Sequence record: OP310984.1
DNA length: 64,000 bases
Direction: 5' to 3' (one strand)
Positions 27,147 through 35,824 of the stretch are shown here, piece after piece. Below the pieces are notes generated by a model that was given only the letters and a program-made list of their open reading frames with translations, was not told the origin of the DNA and searched no databases. A program made the translations under genes and the position numbers. Each line of letters starts with the position of its first letter. Positions within the stretch are counted from its first letter, which is position 1.

Positions 27147-29030
27147 ATGAATAAAATGCTAAACTTCCTAAACCGTACGCTATATAGCGGTACTGAAAAA
27201 GTATCTTCAAAAGCTACACCAAGTCTAGAACACTTTAAAACAAATGTTGAACAAGTAGATAAAAAGATTCTACAACCCTTTAGTACTAAATTTAAAACCA
27301 TTCTAAAAGAATGTTACAGTAATGAAGAGTGGGTTGAAGAACAATCATTTATTGAAGAACCTATTGATCTTGGTTCAGCTGCACGCGGTCTTACCGAGCG
27401 CGGTATTATGCGTGGTGATTGGGGACGCTTAGCGCATTCCACTATTAAAGAAGCAGAAGGTATGATGCGTACTTATAGTGGTCGTCTAAATGAAGATATG
27501 GAGGCATCTGAAATTAATGAAGTAATTCAAGATATGCCTTATAACTTCACAGCTGGCTCAGCTAATACTAGCCGTTTAGAAGAAGATGATTCTATTTTTG
27601 TTGAAGCAGATACAACTGTAGTTGAACCTCTGTCTAAGCAGACTCTGCCAAAAGTAGCAGAACTTACTAACCAACTAGTAGAAGTTTATAACCGAATCAC
27701 TGAAGAATTTACAGAAACTGGTATTGCTAAAGTTGAACAAGTTGAACAGCCAGCAGTTCTTGTAGCACTTGGTGAGATCATTAGTAGTTTTAATAAACTA
27801 ATTGATGCTTCATGTGGTGCTCTACCAGTGGAAGAAACTGTTATTGTAGAGGAGGATCCGTTACCTGCCATTGTTACTGGTCCAACTACTGAACCCATTG
27901 ATGGTGAAATTCCACCTGTTGATGCTATTAATAATTCTGCGGCATTAGAAGAGTTTATTGAAGAAGTACTAAGTACTAATCCAGAATTCATTAAATACCA
28001 AAGTATGAATGATAGTAATATTGATTCATATCTAACTGGAGATGACTGGATTATACTAAAATTTAAAGATGGTTCTTATTATTTATACAATGCCCAGAGT
28101 GCTGGTGAAACAAATATAGAAATCATGAAAGATATGGCCGAAACTGGTAGTGGTCTTAATGGTTTTATAAATCGAGTTATTCGTGGCGGGTATGTAGAGA
28201 AGTCCATCATTAATACTCCCGGTTTTATACAAGTCTCAAATGAAGGTCTTATCGACACCATTAAGAGTATCTTCGACTCTGGCCCTGAGATCAATCTTGA
28301 TAAAAAGAAGAAAGCTATTGCTACACTGAAAAGTACCTATGGTGATGCCAAATGGGTGGCAGAAGCAAAGCTTAAAACCGGCGAAGTAAAAGTATCGAGT
28401 TACGAGACGTTCGCGTCTAATGATCCTAAGACCGCAAAAGCCAATATCACTAATGCTGTAGCTAAAGCTGATCGTCACAACCAGAAAGTTCTGGATGAGA
28501 ACAGTAAGATACTGGCCCCCGTGGTTAATCTGTTCAAAGGGAATGATTGGCAAGACCCTAAGAAAGTCGCTACTCTTCTGGCTGAATGGAAACCCAATGT
28601 AAAGACAAACTTCCAAGAACCCAAATGGCCAGATAATGCTGGTGCTAAGATTAAGTTGCTTGATGCTACCGGTATTGTGGAAGCAGCTAACGTTATCATT
28701 GACGTTCTGTCTAACAACACTAAGACTATTGCGGACACTTGGGTAGCCCAGTATCCTGACCTATCTGTCAATGGGGATATCTACAAACATAAGCTATCCA
28801 CTATTAAAGATAAAGATGCTCTTGAGGATGTATATCTGCTGGCTAAAAGGGCCGATAATGCCATTCTTAACATTCATGCATCGTACGACGACGCTAAGGT
28901 TGAATCTACATATCGAGTATTTGCTATCGACATGTTGAAACTAATGCAAGCATCTGTCAGTAGCTTCCCAAGTGGTTCAACCGTAGAGAACACCAATGAA
29001 CGCAATACGGTCATTGGTATTGAAGAATAA
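27147..29030 (+). CDS. Internal head protein processed by prohead protease (phiKZ gp303-like), with KTSC-like internal domain
   Basis: 627 aa; acidic N-terminal half; SNE-GLIDTIKSIF matches the S/A/G-x-E cleavage motif of phiKZ head proteins. Confidence 0.6.
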   Translation: MNKMLNFLNRTLYSGTEKVSSKATPSLEHFKTNVEQVDKKILQPFSTKFKTILKECYSNEEWVEEQSFIEEPIDLGSAARGLTERGIMRGDWGRLAHSTIKEAEGMMRTYSGRLNEDMEASEINEVIQDMPYNFTAGSANTSRLEEDDSIFVEADTTVVEPLSKQTLPKVAELTNQLVEVYNRITEEFTETGIAKVEQVEQPAVLVALGEIISSFNKLIDASCGALPVEETVIVEEDPLPAIVTGPTTEPIDGEIPPVDAINNSAALEEFIEEVLSTNPEFIKYQSMNDSNIDSYLTGDDWIILKFKDGSYYLYNAQSAGETNIEIMKDMAETGSGLNGFINRVIRGGYVEKSIINTPGFIQVSNEGLIDTIKSIFDSGPEINLDKKKKAIATLKSTYGDAKWVAEAKLKTGEVKVSSYETFASNDPKTAKANITNAVAKADRHNQKVLDENSKILAPVVNLFKGNDWQDPKKVATLLAEWKPNVKTNFQEPKWPDNAGAKIKLLDATGIVEAANVIIDVLSNNTKTIADTWVAQYPDLSVNGDIYKHKLSTIKDKDALEDVYLLAKRADNAILNIHASYDDAKVESTYRVFAIDMLKLMQASVSSFPSGSTVENTNERNTVIGIEE

Positions 29031-29041
29031 CTTACTGAGTA

Positions 29042-29056
29042 TGTAATGATATGTAG
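29042..29056 (+). promoter_or_regulatory. TGTAATnnTATGTAG motif (TATG late-type promoter)
   Basis: Same motif and spacing at 31268-31282 and 34601-34615, upstream of tRNA genes. Confidence 0.6.
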
Positions 29057-29190
29057 AAATGATCCCTCCCCCTCGTTTCTACATTAGTCATAATAAATCG
29101 GAGCCAGTCCCCCTTCCAACTGGCTCCCAGAGAGTAAAACTCTTTGCTGGGCATTAATGACGATATATCGCCTCCCTTCGGGGAGGCTTT
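29053..29190 (+). ncRNA. Candidate structured small RNA with C-rich loops
   Basis: Three hairpins, a closing stem and its own UUCG terminator; no ORF; tRNA-type promoter motif. Confidence 0.5.
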
Positions 29191-29250
29191 ATATTTTGTT
29201 TTTACGTATGTATATTAAAATATGTATAAACAACATAGAGTAATTATAAA

Positions 29251-29703
29251 ATGATCAAAAATGAACTTTTACCAGGGCTAATCTATGCCCAAAAAGAATT
29301 TGATAAAATTGCAGCTAATGTAAAAGACTATGATAAGTATAAAAGACGCGAAGCTGGTAGGGCAAGTGCCGTTTTAAGAAGTCTAGTGAGCAATATTGTA
29401 AATCAGAATAAACCATCCTCACTTGAACATGAAGGCAAAGTTAGTACTACTAATACTAATGAATATTTAGAAGAAGTTAATAATTACTTCTTTAACATTA
29501 ATAATATTAAATTAATTTCTCCTAAACTCATAAAAGAGAAATTAACAATTGATCTAATGAATATTTATGTTAAATGGAATATGATTGGAGTGGCTGGCCG
29601 AAATGATGTTCCAATTATTGAACACAGAATTAATGATTGGTGCGAAGTGACCGATGTCTACATTAATGGTAATAAGATAACTTCTTTACAATGGCCACGT
29701 TGA
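29251..29703 (+). CDS. Hypothetical protein
   Basis: 150-aa ORF. Confidence 0.6.
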   Translation: MIKNELLPGLIYAQKEFDKIAANVKDYDKYKRREAGRASAVLRSLVSNIVNQNKPSSLEHEGKVSTTNTNEYLEEVNNYFFNINNIKLISPKLIKEKLTIDLMNIYVKWNMIGVAGRNDVPIIEHRINDWCEVTDVYINGNKITSLQWPR

Positions 29704-29761
29704 ATTTAAAATAAGTTGTAATAAAATACCTAGCATTACATGTTATGTATTGAAGCACAAT

Positions 29762-29846
29762 GCCCGAATGGTGAAATTGGTAAACACAGAAGACTTAAAA
29801 TCTTCCGGCTACGGTCTTGTCGGTTCGAATCCGACTTCGGGCACCA
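29762..29846 (+). tRNA. tRNA-Leu (UAA)
   Basis: Cloverleaf; anticodon arm GAAGA-CTTAAAA-TCTTC; long variable arm; encoded CCA. Confidence 0.95.
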
Positions 29847-29855
29847 ATTTAAATA

Positions 29856-29931
29856 CGGAGTGTAGCGCAGTTGGTAGCGCGCCTGCTTTGGGAGCAGGAT
29901 GTCGGGAGTTCGAGTCTCCCCACTCCGACCA
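29856..29931 (+). tRNA. tRNA-Pro (UGG)
   Basis: CCTGC-TTTGGGA-GCAGG anticodon arm; GTTCGAG T-loop; CCA. Confidence 0.95.
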
Positions 29932-29952
29932 TTTTAATAATAGGTAAATAGG

Positions 29953-30246
29953 ATGGATAATAAATGGATATCATGGGAACATCAAATTATAGGAACAGCT
30001 CTTTACGCTATTCTTAGTGACCCTGAATTAACTAATATTCAATTAGCTCAAGGCTTACACTATCTAACAGAAGCAAAGTCTTCTGTATTACATGTTTGTA
30101 ATAACCATATTACATTCACTGTAACCTATCCACATGGCACATTTAGAACCAATGTAATTAGAGAGTGCCCTGCTAGTGATACAAATACATTCAAATGGTC
30201 AGGTGTATTAGTCCGTCAAAAAGATGGAACATTCTTACCAGAATAA
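29953..30246 (+). CDS. Hypothetical protein
   Basis: 97 aa between tRNA genes. Confidence 0.6.
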   Translation: MDNKWISWEHQIIGTALYAILSDPELTNIQLAQGLHYLTEAKSSVLHVCNNHITFTVTYPHGTFRTNVIRECPASDTNTFKWSGVLVRQKDGTFLPE

Positions 30247-30253
30247 ATAAAAA

Positions 30254-30330
30254 GGGCCTATAGCTCAGTTGGTTAGAGCAGGCGACTCATAATCGCTTGG
30301 TCGCAGGTTCAAGTCCTGCTGGGCCCACCA
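30254..30330 (+). tRNA. tRNA with CAU anticodon, probably tRNA-Ile2 (lysidine, reads AUA) rather than Met
   Basis: Cloverleaf with CCA; body resembles recalled E. coli ileX; C4-G69 and C5-G68 pairs. Confidence 0.8.
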
Positions 30331-30382
30331 TATACTAGCCTCCCACTTGGGGGAGGTTTTATACTGTCTCATTGAGGAAAAC

Positions 30383-30604
30383 ATGAATACAGTAATAATG
30401 TTGGTATTATCTATCAAAGTTGGATTATTTGGTTTCATTTCGACTAATGAAAGTAATATCCTATTTGAAAATAGGGAACAGTGTATTTCTCATCTGGATA
30501 TTCTGGAACATAAATACAAGTCTCTTGAAGTTATTCGAAATGAGAATACTCTAAAGATAACCGAAAGAGATAACCATTCTATTTATATTTTTAAATGTCT
30601 CTAG
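30383..30604 (+). CDS. Small hypothetical protein with hydrophobic N-terminus
   Basis: Start moved to ATG 30383 after GAGGA. Confidence 0.6.
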   Translation: MNTVIMLVLSIKVGLFGFISTNESNILFENREQCISHLDILEHKYKSLEVIRNENTLKITERDNHSIYIFKCL

Positions 30605-30612
30605 GAAAATAC

Positions 30613-30900
30613 ATGGAACATCAAGAACAAAAAGAACTATTGAGACAACCATTACAAACACTTTATAATCTTACTTTTAGTCCCCGTTTACGTAATGGAG
30701 CGAAGGCTCCCGATTGGATTCACCTGACCGATGAAGTAACCCTATTCCCAAACGGATTAGATATTACAATCAACGCTGTTACACGTTGCATCAAATGGGA
30801 ACTTATCGGCGAGGATGTAAGTAACATTACTTATGTTGAAGCTATGTTCTTTAATAAAGGTCTTAAAGCAGTTAAAGCCTATCTCAAACATACGGAGTAA
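30613..30900 (+). CDS. Hypothetical protein
   Basis: Start moved to ATG 30613 after AGGA. Confidence 0.6.
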   Translation: MEHQEQKELLRQPLQTLYNLTFSPRLRNGAKAPDWIHLTDEVTLFPNGLDITINAVTRCIKWELIGEDVSNITYVEAMFFNKGLKAVKAYLKHTE

Positions 30901-30902
30901 AT

Positions 30903-31250
30903 ATGGATCATCTAACCCCAACGCAGAGCGCTGTATATTTCACATTTATTAGCCCTGAGTTTATAAAGCTAACTCTTGTTGAATCTTTTGTAGTGATCCA
31001 CAAGAAACATCCAGAAGTAAAGCATTGCGTTAAGAAAAAGATTAGTACTAATGAAACGCAGTTTATCTTTATCTTCAAAGATGGGACTGATAATTTAATC
31101 ATTACACGTAAAACTGAACCTTGCCCTGAACTGGATAGCCCAGTAGGCGATAGTATTAAGTTGTCCGGCGAAGAACTTAAAAATATTCTTGCTAAGTACG
31201 ATCGTCCCAAGGATGGTAACTATTTCAAGCACTGGACTGATCACCCGTAA
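30903..31250 (+). CDS. Hypothetical protein
   Basis: 115 aa; GGAG RBS. Confidence 0.65.
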   Translation: MDHLTPTQSAVYFTFISPEFIKLTLVESFVVIHKKHPEVKHCVKKKISTNETQFIFIFKDGTDNLIITRKTEPCPELDSPVGDSIKLSGEELKNILAKYDRPKDGNYFKHWTDHP

Positions 31251-31302
31251 TAAAATATTACTGGTTATGTAATACTATGTAGGAAGTCATGTCCATACGT
31301 TT

Positions 31303-31379
31303 GCGCTCATAGTTCAGTTGGTTAGAATACCCGCCTGTCACGCGGGTGGTCAGGGGTTCGAGTCCCCTTGGGCGCGCCA
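31303..31379 (+). tRNA. tRNA-Asp (GUC)
   Basis: CCCGC-CTGTCAC-GCGGG anticodon arm; G discriminator; CCA. Confidence 0.95.
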
Positions 31380-31385
31380 TTTAAT

Positions 31386-31461
<76 letters not shown>

Positions 31462-31545
31462 TATTCTAAAGAGTAGCTTCGGCTACTCTTTTATGTTGCC
31501 ATGGGTTATCTTATGAATTAAAATGATTTACTTGAGAGCACACTC

Positions 31546-32559
31546 ATGTTTGAATTACTATTAGCAACTAGTGGTAAAATAAAGCCAGTTGAATTAGTAC
31601 AATATATCGGTTATGAAAAAATAGCTGACCTGGATATTCCGTTACATGGTTCTATCCCTTATATTTGGAACGATAAACTATTCGTTAAGGGTGGCGGTAC
31701 AGATGTTAGTTCTAGTGATCCAGGATTACGCAGGTTTAAATTAGATGGTACGTTTGAGAATAATAAGAATTTAAGCAACTACATCTATCATACGAATCCA
31801 GCGCAAGACTCACGAACTGGTAGAGTTTATTTAATCAACGGTAGGTCTAATGGTAGCTGGAGTTCTAGAGTGGTCCATGCCATAGATGCTTCTGCGGAGA
31901 CTATAACTAATCTTGGTTGGAGCACTCCTCGTGGGAACTATGGTAACTCCACGGTATTTGACGAAGATAACAACAGAATTTACGTCCAATTCCACGATAG
32001 TAATCAGTTCGGTTATTACACAACCGATGGCGTCTATCATAACAGCCCGAAAGGCTTTCCTGCTGCTAGTCTAAGTGGTGCTTTTATATTCAAACATAAA
32101 GGCTACATTTACGTGATGGGTGGATGGGGATCCAGTGTTGCATCAAATCCGGATCACCTGGCGAAATTCGATGCTGGGACAGCAATGACGACAATCATGA
32201 GAATGTCGATTTATACACAATTGTGGGAAGTGTACGATATATTACCTACCGAATACCATGGTGGTAACCAGGGCGCCGGTAACTACCATGAAGGTATCTT
32301 CAGCTATATTAGCTGGAGTGGTAGTAAACTCGGTGCGGTTCGCTATGATGTGTCTGGTAAAAGATTTATTCGTTTTGATACGGGTATTAGCTATCGCAAC
32401 GCGACCGGTGTGGTTGGTAATAAAGGAGAGCTGTATCTGGTTGGTGGATGTTCAATTCCGTTGGGCTCGACTAACCCACCGTTCGGTAGAAAGGCAGAAA
32501 CGAAGACAGAAATATACAAGTTCATCCTTCCTGCTCCACTACCACCAAGTGATAAGTAG
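31546..32559 (+). CDS. Kelch/beta-propeller-like protein, MFELLL family, probably virion-associated
   Basis: 337 aa; GG repeats (YVMGGW, YLVGG) typical of kelch blades. Confidence 0.65.
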   Translation: MFELLLATSGKIKPVELVQYIGYEKIADLDIPLHGSIPYIWNDKLFVKGGGTDVSSSDPGLRRFKLDGTFENNKNLSNYIYHTNPAQDSRTGRVYLINGRSNGSWSSRVVHAIDASAETITNLGWSTPRGNYGNSTVFDEDNNRIYVQFHDSNQFGYYTTDGVYHNSPKGFPAASLSGAFIFKHKGYIYVMGGWGSSVASNPDHLAKFDAGTAMTTIMRMSIYTQLWEVYDILPTEYHGGNQGAGNYHEGIFSYISWSGSKLGAVRYDVSGKRFIRFDTGISYRNATGVVGNKGELYLVGGCSIPLGSTNPPFGRKAETKTEIYKFILPAPLPPSDK

Positions 32560-32632
32560 GTGTTACGTACACCAATGCTAGAACCTCACAGAGGGGCAGG
32601 GTATCTTAGTATTGGTAACAGTCTTTACACCT

Positions 32633-32662
32633 TATAAAGGCAGCCATTTGGCTGCCTTTATG
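32633..32662 (+). terminator. Terminator, near-identical to 34797-34824
   Basis: TATAAAGGCAGC-loop-GCTGCCTTTATG at both sites. Confidence 0.8.
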
Positions 32663-32711
32663 CCGTTACCGTTTATCTTATGACTTAACTGTATTACTTG
32701 AGAATATACTC

Positions 32712-33719
32712 ATGTTTGAATTACTATTATCACCAGATATAGGCGAAGAGTTACCCTTGGTTGGATTTAATGAAATTATTAAATTAGGTGATCTACCTGT
32801 AGCGTTAGCTGGTACAATGTCATATGTGGATGGAAATACACTGTATGTTGGATCTGGTCATCATACTGAAGGACAAACAGCTGCAACTGTGTTCAGACGT
32901 TTTACCATATCGCCATTTGCCGATATAGGTGCAACTGCTTCTGGAACATTCTTACCAGGGGTATCTTTAGGATTTGGGACATTACATAAGAATAACTTTA
33001 TTGTTTATGGCGGTATTACTGGATGGAACTCGGCTGGTAATGGTGGTACGGGAACATCTAACTTTATACAACATTTTGATATAGCTACAGGCAATAGGGT
33101 TGAGCGATATAGTGGTCCCGTACCACTTTGGGGCACAGCCTCCGCATCAGATGGTAATGATCTTATTCTATGCGTTAACCCAATTGGCGTAAACGCAATG
33201 CGATTAAAACCATCAAGTAAGTCTTGGCTTAGCGGGCAAGACTATTCAGGTGGTGCTCGTTCAGGTCAACAGTTATTCTTTTATAATGGTTACTTTTACC
33301 ATTTTGGTGGTTGGGATAATACAAAGAACATACCTAATCTTGAAGTTTATCGATATAATGCAACTACCTTAATATGGGAGCAAACACCTTGGATGATTAT
33401 ACCTGCTGATAAAGGAACAATCTGGCAAGGTAATGGTTATGTAGATGGGGACTATTTTAATTACCTTAACGCTGTTGATGTCGGCGGTGTAACTAAAATG
33501 TTTGCACAACGTTTTAATATTAGGCGCCGGAAATGGGCTGAACCATTTGAACTAGGTATCGGATTCCTTAATATTTCATCTATAGCTAAAGGTCCGGATA
33601 ATAGCATGATCATTGTAGGTGGATCTAAAATGCCAGTTGGTGGTGGAGCATATATGTTGAAAAGCCAATTGTTATCAGGTATCTATCAGGTAAAACTAGC
33701 ACCATTAATCATTGATTAA
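32712..33719 (+). CDS. Kelch/beta-propeller-like protein, MFELLL family paralog
   Basis: 335 aa; IVYGG, YHFGGW and IIVGG kelch motifs. Confidence 0.65.
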   Translation: MFELLLSPDIGEELPLVGFNEIIKLGDLPVALAGTMSYVDGNTLYVGSGHHTEGQTAATVFRRFTISPFADIGATASGTFLPGVSLGFGTLHKNNFIVYGGITGWNSAGNGGTGTSNFIQHFDIATGNRVERYSGPVPLWGTASASDGNDLILCVNPIGVNAMRLKPSSKSWLSGQDYSGGARSGQQLFFYNGYFYHFGGWDNTKNIPNLEVYRYNATTLIWEQTPWMIIPADKGTIWQGNGYVDGDYFNYLNAVDVGGVTKMFAQRFNIRRRKWAEPFELGIGFLNISSIAKGPDNSMIIVGGSKMPVGGGAYMLKSQLLSGIYQVKLAPLIID

Positions 33720-34003
33720 AATAATAATATTTATAACTATTTAGATAATTATACTGGCACGATGATATTATGTAAGAGTACTATAATAAAGTATTCTTAA
33801 ATCTATCCACTAAACACACTCGGTGGTAGAACTTATTATAGAGTGTGTCTAAATGCCAGGGGTTTGCCACCCCTGGTTATATTCATTGTTACTATTATAA
33901 ATTCATTTATAGATGAGAAAAGGTTTTATCACCTTTTCAAAATCGGCATTTAATTCCAGTTAAAAAACTGAATCTATGCTACATTGTAATAAAGGAGTCT
34001 ATT

Positions 34004-34516
34004 ATGACTAACTCTAATCCGTTTGTAAGAACTATTGTAAAGTACCAAGATATCCTAGATGCTTTAATTCAAAAAACGAATGAGAACTGGGTTAATTATC
34101 GATCTAATTCTATTGGTCATATTGTTATTCGTGAATACAGGACTGTTGGATTATTTGTAGGTCGGCAATGTGGTAGTACAACTGCATTGATTGAGTTTGC
34201 TAATCGTCACCCTGGCGAATGTCTAGCTGTATTTGTAGAAGATAAAATTAAACAGGCTGTACTGGCTAAGTTCCAGAATGCTAAAGATAATATTGTTTCT
34301 TGTTTAATTACACACCAACTCCGCAAATATATTCATCAACCTGAAGAATCATCTATTCAAAAAGATATTAAAGAAGAATTAATATCGTCTGTAAAATATA
34401 TTCTTGTTGACAATGCCTCATTTAATCTGAACCTACGCGGTATCACTGATAAAGAATTTAACCAGTGGGTTGCAGATACTTTTGGTACAGAGGTAATGGT
34501 GGTTCGTTTTAGTTAG
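34004..34516 (+). CDS. Small protein with degenerate terminase-like P-loop
   Basis: VGRQCGSTT resembles RQxGKT/S; ILVDN resembles Walker B. Confidence 0.45.
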   Translation: MTNSNPFVRTIVKYQDILDALIQKTNENWVNYRSNSIGHIVIREYRTVGLFVGRQCGSTTALIEFANRHPGECLAVFVEDKIKQAVLAKFQNAKDNIVSCLITHQLRKYIHQPEESSIQKDIKEELISSVKYILVDNASFNLNLRGITDKEFNQWVADTFGTEVMVVRFS

Positions 34517-34677
34517 AATTAGTAACTTTGATAGTTTCTAATAAGATTAACTACACGTTATTTACATAATGTCATAACAAGAAATAAATAATACTCAGAT
34601 TGTAATAATATGTAGTTATTACATATCTATATTAGGTTGTCAGTAACTCATCTCTAATATAAAATCGCCATAATTCT

Positions 34678-34753
<76 letters not shown>

Positions 34754-34884
34754 ATTCATAGTTTTAGATTTAGTTATATTTCACTACTATGTAAACTATA
34801 AAGGCAGCTAATGCTGCCTTTATGTCGTCTTGTAAAAGTACCCAGTAGTTGAATCTTATAGCTGAATACAAATAGGGTAAAGAC

Positions 34885-35070
34885 ATGTCACTTAAAGCAT
34901 TGCAAGATATAGTTAGTAGTGTTCCTACAAATGAACAAAAGGAACGATTAGTTAAAGTTCGGAAAACGATGGAAGAGCTAAATGAGTCTATTAAGAATCA
35001 GATTCGTAATAAACGACCTAGTCAAGCTCTTCTCGACAAAACGATAAACTGGGGTACCAAGTATGGCTAA
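34885..35070 (+). CDS. Small coiled-coil hypothetical protein
   Basis: 61 aa. Confidence 0.55.
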   Translation: MSLKALQDIVSSVPTNEQKERLVKVRKTMEELNESIKNQIRNKRPSQALLDKTINWGTKYG

Positions 35071-35353
35071 GACATTAGTTCGTGCAAAGCTGATTACTGA
35101 GGCTGGTCAATGGATGTCGTCTGACTGGGAATGTGGTTTCCGTGCATGTCGATTCGTGAAACTTGGTAATGATCATGTAAACATAAAAGACTTTGAGGCT
35201 ATGATCACGGCATTCGAAGTTGGTGACATGTTAGTGATTTGGCCAAATGGGCTTAGAACTTCGTATAGTGTGGATAATTTCAATAAGTACTTTTCCCATA
35301 TCAAAGATGAATACCATGAGACTGATCTCCGTCCACTCTTTTACCCCAAGTAG
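35063..35353 (+). CDS. Hypothetical protein
   Basis: 96 aa overlapping upstream stop. Confidence 0.6.
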   Translation: MAKTLVRAKLITEAGQWMSSDWECGFRACRFVKLGNDHVNIKDFEAMITAFEVGDMLVIWPNGLRTSYSVDNFNKYFSHIKDEYHETDLRPLFYPK

Positions 35354-35569
35354 TTGAGCTTATGATAACTATATTCGTGTATAAATACATTACATTCGTT
35401 ATACCCTTTAATTGATTGAAATCAAGCTACATAAAAGTGATTGAATGGTCCATGTAGGTGATAATTTTAATAAAGGTAAAGGATTTATCAGAGAATATCT
35501 CAGTGCATTTAGGTATTTTATCACTCGCCTATCTAAATCACATAAAGCCCTTTACCGAGGAATGTGAGA

Positions 35570-35665
35570 ATGTTGGTTGCGATTGATAATACTGGGACAG
35601 AATATGATGTCGACCCAACTGATGAAGTAGACGTAATGTTTGTATTTAGACCCACACTAAAATAA
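35570..35665 (+). CDS. Possible 31-aa peptide MLVAIDNTGTEYDVDPTDEVDVMFVFRPTLK
   Basis: Read by hand; GAGGA upstream. Confidence 0.4.
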   Translation: MLVAIDNTGTEYDVDPTDEVDVMFVFRPTLK

Positions 35666-35824
35666 CTTTATATGACTTAATACCCCTCTATATAGAGTGG
35701 TCTATTTATAAGTAAAATTATACATAGAGTTAATATTATTTGTAGATTAGTTCTACACATAACTCAACTTGAAACCGGGTGTTAATAAAATTTAACACTA
35801 CGGAAAACATAAAGGTGTATAAAA

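Noticed and set aside
28245-29030. Apparent GC shift suggesting a swapped C-terminal domain in the head protein
   Set aside because: Spot counts were inconsistent (27/60 downstream vs 26/60 and 15/60 upstream); not supportable without computation
29750-29947. 65-aa ORF in the track
   Set aside because: It overlaps tRNA-Leu and tRNA-Pro completely; a by-product of the tRNA sequences
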